From positions 139,552 to 177,821 of the forward strand of contig JBBCGO010000001.1 in assembly GCA_037200925.1 (NCBI GenBank): a stretch of 38,270 nt of DNA, in the 5' to 3' direction. Below the pieces are notes generated by a model. That model was not told the DNA's origin, searched no databases, and was given only the letters and a program-made list of their open reading frames with translations. Below, in pieces: positions 8,695 to 17,701 of the stretch. The first letter of the stretch is position 1; each line of letters starts with the position of its first letter. The position numbers were made by a program, and so were the translations under genes. The stretch comes from Candidatus Doudnabacteria bacterium (GTDB lineage Bacteria; Patescibacteriota; Doudnabacteria; UBA920; O2-02-FULL-48-8).

Positions 8695-9871
8695 TTTTAT
8701 TGCGCAGTTTTAAAATTATCTTATTTAATGCTTTGACCGCATATTCAATGTCTGAGGTTTTTGTATAACTACTTATTGTAACACGAATAGTAGCCGCTTG
8801 TCCAGTGCCGGTTTTACCGAGCGCTTCAATCACATGTGAAGGCTCGGAAGAGCCCGAAACGCAGGCTGAGCCTGTTGAGGCAGCGATCCCGGCCAAATCC
8901 AGGGAAGTCATCAGCGCATCCTGATCCGCGCCGTAAATGGTGAAATTCACAATATCCGGCGAACGTAAATCCCCTATTGGCCCGTTCAATTCAGTTTTTT
9001 TTATCTTTTTTATTTCTGAAATAAAAGTATCGCGGAGCATGGAGATTTTTTTTCCGGATTTTTGCCGTTCTTCCAAAGAACCGAGCAGTTCCACAGCCTT
9101 GGCAAAGCCAATGATCCCAGCCGTGTTTTGAGTGCCCGGGCGCTTACCGTATTCCTGAGAGCCTCCATAAAACAAATTATTGAGTTTTTTGCCGGATGTG
9201 ATGTAAAGAGCGCCGATTCCTTTCGGCCCATAGATCTTATGCGCGGAAAGCGTCATCATGTCACATCCGAGCTTATCCGCGTTGCAGTTAAAGAACTTTG
9301 CCGCCTGTACCGCATCAATATGGTACATGATCTGATATTTTTGGCGTTTATTGAGCTCCTCCAGCTTTTGTCCGATCTCCCTTACCGGCAGTACCGACCC
9401 GATCTCGTTGGAAACATAAACAACGCTAACTAAAATTGTGTAGGCGGTAATGGCTCGGATGATATCATCAGGATCTATCAAACCGTCCGAGGTCGGATCG
9501 ACGAAAGTCGCGTCCACTATCCCCTGCTCGCTTAATTTTTTGACTGTGTTGTAAACTGATTGGTGTTCCAATTTAGTCGTGATTATATGAGGCTTCATTT
9601 GAAATTCTTTGATGTAGAAGGCTGCAGTTCCTTGAATGGCCAAGTTATTGGCTTCAGTTGCTCCGGAAGTAAAAATTATTTCCTGCGGCTTGGCATTGAT
9701 AAAATCAGCAATCACGCCGCGCGCTGTGTCAATTCTGGCCCTTGCCGCTTGTCCTTCGCGGTGAGTGGAGCTGGGATTGCCAAAATATTTCAATTCAAAA
9801 TCACGCATCGTTTTTTCGACGCGTTCATCGAGAGGTGTGGTGGCGGCGTAATCAAGATAAATTCGTTTCAT
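8687..9871 (-). CDS. iscS: Cysteine desulfurase (IscS/NifS family, PLP-dependent)
   Basis: IYLDYAATT, FGNPSS, FTSGATEANN, HIDAVQA, SAHKIYGPKG (PLP Lys), STGSAC (catalytic Cys). ATG 9871 chosen because a -10 box abuts the GTG at 9877. Confidence 0.92.
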   Translation of the reverse strand: MKRIYLDYAATTPLDERVEKTMRDFELKYFGNPSSTHREGQAARARIDTARGVIADFINAKPQEIIFTSGATEANNLAIQGTAAFYIKEFQMKPHIITTKLEHQSVYNTVKKLSEQGIVDATFVDPTSDGLIDPDDIIRAITAYTILVSVVYVSNEIGSVLPVREIGQKLEELNKRQKYQIMYHIDAVQAAKFFNCNADKLGCDMMTLSAHKIYGPKGIGALYITSGKKLNNLFYGGSQEYGKRPGTQNTAGIIGFAKAVELLGSLEERQKSGKKISMLRDTFISEIKKIKKTELNGPIGDLRSPDIVNFTIYGADQDALMTSLDLAGIAASTGSACVSGSSEPSHVIEALGKTGTGQAATIRVTISSYTKTSDIEYAVKALNKIILKLRNKNE

Positions 9872-9877
9872 AAACAC

Positions 9878-9886
9878 AGTTTAGCA
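9878..9886 (-). promoter_or_regulatory. Extended -10 (TGCTAAACT), probably giving a leaderless iscS mRNA
   Basis: Lies 6 nt upstream of ATG 9871 on the minus strand. Confidence 0.55.
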
Positions 9887-9927
9887 AATAAAATAAGGGG
9901 TCGGCTAACCAACCCCTCAGGTAAACG

Positions 9928-10137
9928 CTAGACCTCGGGGTCCTCATAAGTAACTTCCCACCACGGCAACTCGTCGACCGGGACCGTCGTTTCGCCCAGA
10001 GTTCTTGCGGCACGACAGCAACTGATGATGTTCAAAAGATTTTTCTCGTCATTTAACTGGAGAGAAACATGCCGTGACAGTTGTTCCAGGTTGCAAACAA
10101 CGGTCTTCGCGATCTGAAGCTTAACGGTCTTGACCAT
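9928..10137 (-). CDS. Hypothetical protein (69 aa)
   Basis: GGAGG Shine-Dalgarno site 5 nt upstream of ATG; weak AGGGG/CCCCT hairpin downstream; no family recognised. Confidence 0.6.
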   Translation of the reverse strand: MVKTVKLQIAKTVVCNLEQLSRHVSLQLNDEKNLLNIISCCRAARTLGETTVPVDELPWWEVTYEDPEV

Positions 10138-10175
10138 TCACGCCTCCATTGGTATGGAATTTTTTAATCTTCAAT

Positions 10176-10571
10176 TCATCGGCTTGATTTCCTAAATCCC
10201 GCGGCCTTGGCTTCAGCTTCCGTGGTAAAACAGCGGATGGGATGAGTTGTCTTATTATAAAAAGCTCCGCCGGGCATATGGTATATCATACTTGAGGAAC
10301 CTTTGATCTTTCCGGTGCAGTTCAAACTGCCTGAGCTATTGGGTGCCGCAACAGTTTTCGTGCTCGCAGATTGTATTGACGGCTCGTTTGGATTATAATT
10401 ATCAGGTATTGAGGCCGCTTGCTCAATATGTACTTGCGACACCGATGGTTGAACCGGAGACTTTGGTGAAGAAAATCTGCCCAGTCCGAATGCAAGCACC
10501 CCGACTAGCACATAACCTACTGACAATACGATTATGTGTTGGTGGGTTTTTATATAATCTTTCCAATTCAT
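10176..10571 (-). CDS. Membrane-anchored protein with C-terminal Ada-like metal-binding domain
   Basis: N-terminal TM, Pro/Ser linker, IKGSSSMIYHMPGG.FY...CFTTEAEAKAAGFRKS. Confidence 0.75.
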   Translation of the reverse strand: MNWKDYIKTHQHIIVLSVGYVLVGVLAFGLGRFSSPKSPVQPSVSQVHIEQAASIPDNYNPNEPSIQSASTKTVAAPNSSGSLNCTGKIKGSSSMIYHMPGGAFYNKTTHPIRCFTTEAEAKAAGFRKSSR

Positions 10572-11915
10572 ATGCAGTATGCCTTTATTTTAGGGAGGGT
10601 ATATACGCTGTCCTTGGCCGAGCTCCTTGGCGTTTTAGCATTGCTCGGAGTAACGTCCAAAGTTTTGGCATGCTCGCCCGAGGTGGTAGTGATCGAAACG
10701 GACAAACCTCTTAGTGCTGACTCGCTTCAGGCCCGTTTGGGCGGAACCATTAAAATTATACGCTTATTCGACACTTTTCAAAAGAAAGGCAAGGAATACC
10801 CCACGGCTGTTCTGACCAACTATTTCACTTTTAAACGCATAAAAGAATATTTCCACGAATACACGGGCAAGAAACAATTCGGCGTGTCCATCTATTCGCT
10901 GGATCCCGCTATCCGGTTTCGCGAAGAACCGACCAGGATCGCTTTTTTGATAAAGAAAATTTTACAGGACCAGGCGCAAAGCGTGCGGGCGGTCCTTCCT
11001 CAATTCCCCTCTCAAGCTTTGTCCTCGGTCCAGGTCACGGAAAATCAGCTGCTGCAAAAGGGCGCTGAGGTTGTGGTCATCTCCGGCAATCAGCGCATCT
11101 TTGTCGGTAAAACTCTTGTGGTGCAAAACTACGAAGATTACGGCCGGCGCGATTATCAAAGACCGGCCAGGGACGAGAAGGTCGGCATGATCCCGCCGAA
11201 AGTGGCCCAGACCATGATCAATCTGGCCGGACCGCTCAAGCCCCTGGAATTTATTTTAGATCCGTTCGCAGGCTCGGGTACGATCCTGCAGGAAGCAATT
11301 CTTATGGGCTACCGCGCCATAGGCTCGGATATTGAACAGAAGATGATCGAGAACAGTGAAAAAAATCTTGAATGGTTTCGAAACCGTTATGATGTGGCTC
11401 CAAACCGATACAAACTGTTTAAGGCCAATGCTGCTGAAATTTCCATTCAGATACCCAAGCAAAAAGTGGCGGCTGTCGTGACTGAAGGTACCTTGGGCCC
11501 GATCTACGGAAAATTGCCGAAAAAAACTGAAATGCAAAGTAATTTTAAAGCCTTAAGCAAACTTTATGACCAGGTCTTCAAAGAGTTTAAAAAATTCCTG
11601 GCAGAGGGCTCGAAAGTAGTTATCTGTCTGCCGGCATATAAGCTGAACATGTCTGACTATGATTTCATGCCGAATCTTGACTTTATAGCCGAAAACGGGT
11701 ATATTGTTCTGGAACCTTTGCCGGAATATTTAACAGTGAAATATAAGTTTCTGAAAGTTACGCCGAGAAGATCGATAATTTACGACAGAAATGACCAGCT
11801 GGTGGCAAGGGAAATATTCATGATCCAGTATGGTAAACAAGAAAATAATCAGGAAACTGTAATAGAAAACGCGGATGCGTTGGAGACAGGATCCGAAGAG
11901 AAAGGGTTGGAATAA
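10572..11915 (+). CDS. SAM-dependent RNA methyltransferase (Trm11/UPF0020-like)
   Basis: RDYQRP.RD..VGMIPPKVAQTMINLA, ILDPFAGSGTILQEA, GSDIE, VVTEG.LGP. ATG 10572 preferred over GTG 10536, which would overlap the divergent gene. Confidence 0.8.
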   Translation: MQYAFILGRVYTLSLAELLGVLALLGVTSKVLACSPEVVVIETDKPLSADSLQARLGGTIKIIRLFDTFQKKGKEYPTAVLTNYFTFKRIKEYFHEYTGKKQFGVSIYSLDPAIRFREEPTRIAFLIKKILQDQAQSVRAVLPQFPSQALSSVQVTENQLLQKGAEVVVISGNQRIFVGKTLVVQNYEDYGRRDYQRPARDEKVGMIPPKVAQTMINLAGPLKPLEFILDPFAGSGTILQEAILMGYRAIGSDIEQKMIENSEKNLEWFRNRYDVAPNRYKLFKANAAEISIQIPKQKVAAVVTEGTLGPIYGKLPKKTEMQSNFKALSKLYDQVFKEFKKFLAEGSKVVICLPAYKLNMSDYDFMPNLDFIAENGYIVLEPLPEYLTVKYKFLKVTPRRSIIYDRNDQLVAREIFMIQYGKQENNQETVIENADALETGSEEKGLE

Positions 11916-12057
11916 TACTGTTTTTACGAAAAAATTGAGTCGCAGTCCAGCTCTTGCACGCAAGGGCTGGGCGAGAACAATTTTTTCGGGAGGAGCAGTA
12001 TGGATACCGTAGCGTATTTGCGAAGCAAATCGCGAAGTGTATCCCCAACTGCGACGA
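11916..12057 (+). promoter_or_regulatory. Structured 5' leader of rpmA (candidate cis-regulatory RNA)
   Basis: Nested stems 11927-11937/11978-11988 (perfect 11 bp), 11947-11956/11961-11970, 12002-12007/12039-12044, 12016-12021/12025-12030; alternative pairing 11939-11946/12048-12055. Confidence 0.5.
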
Positions 12058-12336
12058 ATGGCTCATAAGAAAGCCGGCGGCTCTACAGCTTTAGGCCGGG
12101 ATTCGCAATCACAAAGACTAGGCATTAAATTATTCGGCGGCCAAACTGCCAAAGTTGGCTCAATTCTGGTCCGCCAGCGCGGCACCAAATGGCATGCCGG
12201 CAAAAATGTCCGCAAAGGCTCTGACGACACGCTCTATGCCGCTTCGATCGGCACCGTAAAATTCACAGGAAAAAAAGTCCGCGGCTTTGACGGCAACTTG
12301 CATCACCGCCGTTTTGTTCACGTAATTTCAAAATAA
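12058..12336 (+). CDS. rpmA: 50S ribosomal protein L27
   Basis: [48 protein letters not shown]. Confidence 0.97.
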   Translation: MAHKKAGGSTALGRDSQSQRLGIKLFGGQTAKVGSILVRQRGTKWHAGKNVRKGSDDTLYAASIGTVKFTGKKVRGFDGNLHHRRFVHVISK

Positions 12337-12368
12337 ACCGCTTTCCTCTAAAAATTTCGGGAGGAACA

Positions 12369-12725
12369 ATGTTTGTTGACAAAGCCTTGGTCAATATTGC
12401 CACGGTTGTGGTGGATATTACGCCGCTGCAAGCCATCCAGATCGCCGGCACCAAAAAAGAGCTCGCGCGCACACTTCAGAAAACTTCTGACCTGTCCAAG
12501 ACAGGCAACTTTGAGAATTCCCGGGTCATGCTCTGCACAAATGCGCATTTGCACCGTCACGGCAACGAGCCGAATTTCCGCTACCAGATACAAGGATCAA
12601 GCCGAGAGGTCTCTCAGATAATCAGCCTGTTGGAGCTGGGCGAAACGAAGCTGTTCAAGTTTCAAAGGCCTAATTTCAATACGGCGACCCCGCAAACTTC
12701 GTCCACTACGCAAGACATTGCCTAG
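12369..12725 (+). CDS. Hypothetical protein (118 aa)
   Basis: GGGAGG Shine-Dalgarno site upstream; no family recognised. Confidence 0.6.
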   Translation: MFVDKALVNIATVVVDITPLQAIQIAGTKKELARTLQKTSDLSKTGNFENSRVMLCTNAHLHRHGNEPNFRYQIQGSSREVSQIISLLELGETKLFKFQRPNFNTATPQTSSTTQDIA

Positions 12726-12726
12726 G

Positions 12727-12760
12727 AACCCTTCCCTGCTTCCCGAAGCCGGGTTTTTTA
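12727..12760 (+). terminator. Possible Rho-independent terminator
   Basis: AACCC...GCTTC/GAAGC...GGGTT nested imperfect stem followed by a T run. Confidence 0.4.
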
Positions 12761-12799
12761 TTTGCCAAAGACTCCGTTTAATGCTTAAATAAGCTTAGA

Positions 12800-13342
12800 A
12801 TGAATTGTCCGAACGGGCACAAATTAGATCAGCAGATATCGCTCGGCGCAGTCAAAGTCGGGCGCTGTTCCAAATGCCTGGGATTATGGTTCGATCAGGA
12901 TGAATTGAAAAAAGCCGAAGACAACCAAACCGATTATGTCGGCTGGTTTAATGATGAGCTCTGGGATGATCCGAATAATTTTAAAGGCGCCAAAGGGACC
13001 CGTGTTTGCCCCAAAGACAGCTCGGCTTTGTATAGTGTTCGTTATGGCGACTCCGATATTGTCATTGATGTTTGCCAAAAATGCCATGGCATCTGGCTGG
13101 ATAAAAACGAGTTTGATAAGATCGAAGAATGGCTAAAGGGCAAATCATCTTACGATCTGCTCAATAATTATTTTAAAACTCTAGTGCACGCGGGAAAAGA
13201 TATTTTTACCGGTCCTGAGGATCTGAAATCCGAACTGCATAATTTTATGATCGTAGCCAAATATCTCCAGTTCCGATTGGTTGCCGGCAGCCCGGGATTG
13301 ACAAATCTTCTGATCAATCTGCCCCTGACTCCGGAATTGTAA
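12800..13342 (+). CDS. Protein with two TFIIB-type zinc-ribbon (zf-TFIIB) domains
   Basis: CPNGH...RCSKCLGLWFDQDEL and CPKD...DVCQKCHGIWLDKNEF repeats. Confidence 0.85.
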   Translation: MNCPNGHKLDQQISLGAVKVGRCSKCLGLWFDQDELKKAEDNQTDYVGWFNDELWDDPNNFKGAKGTRVCPKDSSALYSVRYGDSDIVIDVCQKCHGIWLDKNEFDKIEEWLKGKSSYDLLNNYFKTLVHAGKDIFTGPEDLKSELHNFMIVAKYLQFRLVAGSPGLTNLLINLPLTPEL

Positions 13343-13350
13343 TTTATAAG

Positions 13351-13379
13351 TTGCAAAAGTTGGCGTTTAGTGTTTTAAT
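13351..13379 (+). promoter_or_regulatory. Possible sigma70 promoter TTGCAA-N17-TTTAAT
   Basis: Correct spacing and extended TG, upstream of ATG 13412; -10 box imperfect. Confidence 0.45.
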
Positions 13380-13411
13380 ATCAATAATGATTAACAAATA
13401 ATCAACAATAT

Positions 13412-14548
13412 ATGAAGAAAATAGCTATTTTGAGCCTTGCTTTGCTGGCGTTTGCGTTTACGGCATCGGCTGCGGAATTTATTCAACCACCGAGCAAAAT
13501 GCAGGGAAGCGTGTCCACAATGGAGCAGGATGTTCATAAGAACCTGTATATCGCAGGAGCCAATGTCACTGTAAACAGCAAGACACTGGACGATCTGGCT
13601 GCAGCCGGAGGAATGGTCACGATCAACGGGGATGTGGAAAAAGATCTTCTTCTGGCGGGAGGCAATCTGACCGTAAACGGCGCTGTGGGAGATAATGCGC
13701 GGATCGCTGGCGGCAATATTTCTATCAGCGGCCCGGTTTTGGGCGATCTTGTTGTAGCGGGCGGAAATATTACTGTCGCAGAGAAAGCAACAGTCGGCGG
13801 TGATTTGGTGGTCGGCGGAGGAAATATCACGGTTGACTCTGACATCAAGGGCAATGTGAAGATCGGCGGCGGAGCTGTCATGATCAACAGTACTATCACC
13901 GGCAATGTGGATGTCATGGCCAACAAAAGCCTGACCTTTGGCCCAAACAGCGTTGTAATGGGCAGGATCGTTTATAAAGGCCCAAGCGAGGCAATAATCC
14001 AGGACGGCGCCAAAGTCAGCACAATTGATTTTACAATGATCGCCTCTAGAAATGTCGCAGGCAAAATTGCGGCTTTGATCACAATAGCAACTCTGATCAA
14101 ATTACTGGCATTATTTATCGCCGCCTGGGTGCTCAACAGGATTTTCAAAGGAACTTTCCAAACTTTATCCGAGCATATCTATGCCAAACCCTGGCATAGT
14201 ATGGGTATCGGCGCATTGGTTCTGTTTGGCGTTCCGCTCCTCGCTGTGATCCTGATGATCACGGTTCTGGGCTTATACCTGGGACTCTTTCTGCTCGTAT
14301 CCTACTGCTTGATCTTATTGACCTCAGCCTTGCTGATGCCTTATTTTGTCGGCGCATCTGTGGTAGCCATGTATAACAAAACTTCCAATCTCAAACTTGG
14401 CTGGCAGGAACTGGTCTACGGCTTGCTCATCGTCACGCTTGTAGGATGGATCCCGTTCATCGGCTGGCTGGCTGTGCTTCTGGTGTACCTGATGACGATC
14501 GGGGAAGTCGCCCTTCATTCTCTTCAAAAAGAGCACATAAATATTTAA
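13412..14548 (+). CDS. Membrane protein with bactofilin/polymer-forming-like beta-helix and C-terminal TM bundle
   Basis: Signal peptide, repeated (L/V)xxAGG(N/M)(V/I)T(V/I)NGxV units, then 4-5 hydrophobic helices. Confidence 0.8.
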   Translation: MKKIAILSLALLAFAFTASAAEFIQPPSKMQGSVSTMEQDVHKNLYIAGANVTVNSKTLDDLAAAGGMVTINGDVEKDLLLAGGNLTVNGAVGDNARIAGGNISISGPVLGDLVVAGGNITVAEKATVGGDLVVGGGNITVDSDIKGNVKIGGGAVMINSTITGNVDVMANKSLTFGPNSVVMGRIVYKGPSEAIIQDGAKVSTIDFTMIASRNVAGKIAALITIATLIKLLALFIAAWVLNRIFKGTFQTLSEHIYAKPWHSMGIGALVLFGVPLLAVILMITVLGLYLGLFLLVSYCLILLTSALLMPYFVGASVVAMYNKTSNLKLGWQELVYGLLIVTLVGWIPFIGWLAVLLVYLMTIGEVALHSLQKEHINI

Positions 14549-14559
14549 AATTACGCAAC

Positions 14560-14591
14560 AAAAAACCGCCCCGGATTGGGGCGGTTTTTTT
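14560..14591. terminator. Bidirectional Rho-independent terminator
   Basis: AAAAAACCGCC...GGCGGTTTTTT between convergent genes. Confidence 0.85.
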
Positions 14592-15231
14592 AACTGTCAT
14601 AATATTTTAACTTGTAGTCGAAACTTCTGTTGGTTTTTTCTTGATACTGTTTCTTGAGATTTTCTACTTCTGTTGAATCTTGATAACGGGAAAGATCTTG
14701 CATCAGTTCAACTCTTTTTTGTTCAGCAATTTTCAAGGCCTCTCCGCACTTTTGTCGGGTTTCTTTAATCTTGACTTGCAAATCATAATACCTCTGTTCT
14801 ATTATCGGGACATTTTTAAGAATTACGGCAATTGCCTCTCTGTCACTGCCCGCAAAAGATCCAAGTGTCTTCCTTATTTTTTTCAAATTTTCTGAAACCA
14901 GCAACCAATTTTCTGAATCCACCATCCAATTACGATGGTGAATCATGTGGTTGAGAGTCTTACGTAAATCCTTGTTCACGGCTTTAGCGTTGGCAGATCT
15001 TGTAAGCAACAAGATTTCATTACTCATTTCACTGATTTTAGCCGTATCATTATTGACTTCCTGCCATAATGAGCGGGATTGTTCCAATAACTCTGCAATT
15101 TCATCGATGCGGCCGGTTGTTTCCGCAACTATTTCTTTAACATCCTGGACTTTTTCCGCTTCATTCTGCTCGGCTTTGGGAGACGGTTCAGCGCTTTCTT
15201 GATCTGTATGATTTGGTTCAGATTCTTTCAT
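14590..15231 (-). CDS. Hypothetical coiled-coil protein
   Basis: 213-aa charged helical ORF with an acidic, Pro-containing N-terminus; no family recognised. Confidence 0.7.
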   Translation of the reverse strand: MKESEPNHTDQESAEPSPKAEQNEAEKVQDVKEIVAETTGRIDEIAELLEQSRSLWQEVNNDTAKISEMSNEILLLTRSANAKAVNKDLRKTLNHMIHHRNWMVDSENWLLVSENLKKIRKTLGSFAGSDREAIAVILKNVPIIEQRYYDLQVKIKETRQKCGEALKIAEQKRVELMQDLSRYQDSTEVENLKKQYQEKTNRSFDYKLKYYDS

Positions 15232-15263
15232 ACTATTTTAAAGCTGGAAGATAATATTTAAAG

Positions 15264-15611
15264 TCAATCCCTATATTTATCTTTGAATTCTGCTTCGGTC
15301 ATTTGCCCATTTATCACTTTTTCCCGGTCTTGCTGCTTACTTATTTCTTTTAATCTTTCGGTAGCCTGCGCATTCCCTTTGATGCTGCCATCGCGGTAAA
15401 ATTCCCAAAGCTGTTCGGATGCGGCATCCTGCTCGGTTATGCCGGCTTCTCTTACCATAGCTTCCCAGCTTTTAAACTTATCCTGCTCAGCTTTGTCGGC
15501 TGCTTCAAATTCATTATGCGCGTCAACCGGAGGGCTTTCTGCAGCAGTATCCAGATCTTTTCTAAGATAGCTCTCTTCATGAGGCGCTTCGCTTTCAAAA
15601 CTGATGGGCAT
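15264..15611 (-). CDS. Hypothetical acidic protein
   Basis: 115-aa ORF whose ATG directly follows the pyrG stop (0-nt gap). Confidence 0.7.
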   Translation of the reverse strand: MPISFESEAPHEESYLRKDLDTAAESPPVDAHNEFEAADKAEQDKFKSWEAMVREAGITEQDAASEQLWEFYRDGSIKGNAQATERLKEISKQQDREKVINGQMTEAEFKDKYRD

Positions 15612-17243
15612 TTATTTTTTGATGCTCGCTTTAATGAATTCGCGGAACAACGGCCCCGGATCTAAAGGACGGGATTTAAATTCCGGGTGGAACTGCACGC
15701 CTACAAAGAAAGGATGATCGGCAAGCTCGATTATTTCCACCAAATGTCCGTCCGGAGAAGTGCCAGAAAAGATCATGCCTGCATTTTCAAACATCTTGCG
15801 GTATTTATTATTGAATTCATAGCGGTGGCGATGACGCTCCTCTATTTTCCGGGTGCCATATGCCTTTTCCGCTCTTGAGCCTTGTTTCAGAACACAGGGC
15901 CAGGCGCCCAACCGCATGGAGGCGCCATAATCTTTTTTCAAAAGCTTTTTTTCCTGGTCAGGCATGATATGGATTACGGGGTGGGGCGTGTCATCATCAA
16001 CTTCTTTGGTATTGGCATTTTTTAACTTTAAAACATTGCGCGCAAATTCTATGGTCGCCATTTGCATGCCGTAGCATAATCCTAAATACGGGATATGGTT
16101 TTCACGGGCGTAAGTGATGGACGAAATAAGCCCTTCTACTCCCCTTTTGCCGAAGCCCGGAGTGATGACTATGCCGTCCATATTATCTAACAGCTGAGTG
16201 CCTTCTTTTTCGATTTTCTCCGAATCGATCCAATGCAGGACCGGTTTGGCTTTGTTATGCCAGGAAGCGGCCTTCAGCGCTTCAATAATGGAAACATACA
16301 CATCAGCAAGGTTGTAATTGCCGGTGCTGAAATATTTGCCGACAACTGCTATATGCACTTCTTTCTTAACGGTCTTCATGGTCTTCACCAGTTTCCGCCA
16401 TGGCCCCAAGTCTTTTTTGCCCGGGGCAAAATCGAGCTTTTCCAGGATCTTCTCGCCCAATTTCTGCTTTTGCATGACCAGCGGCACTTCGTAGATCGAA
16501 GCCATGTCCGGGTTTGCGATGACATCTTCTTTTTTCACATTACAAAAAAGCGCAATACGCTCTTTGCGCTTATCGTCCACATAGTGTTCGGCCCGGGCAA
16601 CTATAAAATCCGGCTCAATTCCAAGCGAGTTGAGCAGTCTGACCGACTGCTGGACAGGCTTGGATTTCATTTCGCCCAGGTTCCCCGGAATCGGCAGATA
16701 GGCCACATGAACCTGCAGAACGTCATCAGGCTCGCGCAGCTTCATGATGCGGGAGGCTTCAAAAAAAATGCCGTTTTGGTATTCACCCACAGTGCCGCCG
16801 AGCTCAATGATCACAATGTCCGCGTCCTTGCCGGCTTTTTTGAAACGGCGGATGATCTCGTCAGTGATATGCGGGATGGCTTCCACATCCTCGCCGTTGT
16901 ATTCAAAAGCCCGCTCACGGCGCATAACCTCGGCGTAAACCTGCCCTGTGGTTATGTAATTGACCTTGGAAAGGTTTCTGTCCAAAAACCGCTCGTAATG
17001 CCCGAGGTCCTGGTCGGTCTCTATCCCGTCATCGGTGACAAAAACCTCGCCATGCTCCTGCGGCCTGATCGTGCCGGCATCAAAGTTCAGATACATATCC
17101 ACCTTCACCGGAGAGATCTTGTAACCTTTGCCCTTTAAAATAGCGGCAATCGATGCCGCTGTGATGCCTTTTCCGAGGCCTGAGATAACGCCCCCGGAAA
17201 CAAAAATGTACTTTGTTTTGCGAGTCTTTGCTTTTTTTATCAT
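15612..17243 (-). CDS. pyrG: CTP synthase
   Basis: GGVISGLGKG, QEHGEVFVTDDG.ETDQDLGHYERF, ELGGTVG, KSKPVQQSV, GLCYGMQ, ERHRHRYEFN, QFHPEF. Confidence 0.98.
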   Translation of the reverse strand: MIKKAKTRKTKYIFVSGGVISGLGKGITAASIAAILKGKGYKISPVKVDMYLNFDAGTIRPQEHGEVFVTDDGIETDQDLGHYERFLDRNLSKVNYITTGQVYAEVMRRERAFEYNGEDVEAIPHITDEIIRRFKKAGKDADIVIIELGGTVGEYQNGIFFEASRIMKLREPDDVLQVHVAYLPIPGNLGEMKSKPVQQSVRLLNSLGIEPDFIVARAEHYVDDKRKERIALFCNVKKEDVIANPDMASIYEVPLVMQKQKLGEKILEKLDFAPGKKDLGPWRKLVKTMKTVKKEVHIAVVGKYFSTGNYNLADVYVSIIEALKAASWHNKAKPVLHWIDSEKIEKEGTQLLDNMDGIVITPGFGKRGVEGLISSITYARENHIPYLGLCYGMQMATIEFARNVLKLKNANTKEVDDDTPHPVIHIMPDQEKKLLKKDYGASMRLGAWPCVLKQGSRAEKAYGTRKIEERHRHRYEFNNKYRKMFENAGMIFSGTSPDGHLVEIIELADHPFFVGVQFHPEFKSRPLDPGPLFREFIKASIKK

Positions 17244-17253
17244 TTAAGTTGTC

Positions 17254-17700
17254 CTAGCTTTCCGCCACTACGTCTAATTTTACATCAGCTTTAAGCTTTT
17301 CCGCAAATCTAATCTGGACTTTGTGCAAACCCAAGCTTTTTATCGGTTTTTCTATCACAACCTGGTCAGGCGTCAGTCCCAGGTCCAGCTTCTCGTTTAT
17401 GGCTTTCGCCACCTGGTCCTCATGAAGGGCGGCGAACAAGTTCTGCTTCTGGGCGCGGCCTTTGATCGTGAAGACCTTGCTTTCCATTTTGTTCTTCAAG
17501 GACAAAAATTTTTCTTCCTGCCGTTTAACTTTGGCTTGTAGTTCCTGTTCTTCTTTCTGCAGCCTGTCCAGCGCAGCTGCAGTGGCCGGCAGGACCAGGT
17601 GCTTGGGCAATAAAAAATTCCTGGCATGTCCGTCAGAAACTTCTTTCACATCCCCTGCACGGCCCAAGCCTGCAACATCCTTTGTTAGTATGACTTTCAT
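17254..17700 (-). CDS. rplI: 50S ribosomal protein L9
   Basis: MKVILTKDV.GLG..GDVKEVSDGHARNFLLP, PIKSLG.H.V. Confidence 0.96.
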   Translation of the reverse strand: MKVILTKDVAGLGRAGDVKEVSDGHARNFLLPKHLVLPATAAALDRLQKEEQELQAKVKRQEEKFLSLKNKMESKVFTIKGRAQKQNLFAALHEDQVAKAINEKLDLGLTPDQVVIEKPIKSLGLHKVQIRFAEKLKADVKLDVVAES

Positions 17701-17701
17701 A

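Noticed and set aside
12721-12760. SRP RNA-like GGAAGCAG motif on the minus strand
   Set aside because: Lacks the conserved domain IV context and length; better explained as a terminator.
16233-17138. 301-aa plus-strand ORF
   Set aside because: Antisense shadow of pyrG with no recognisable motifs.
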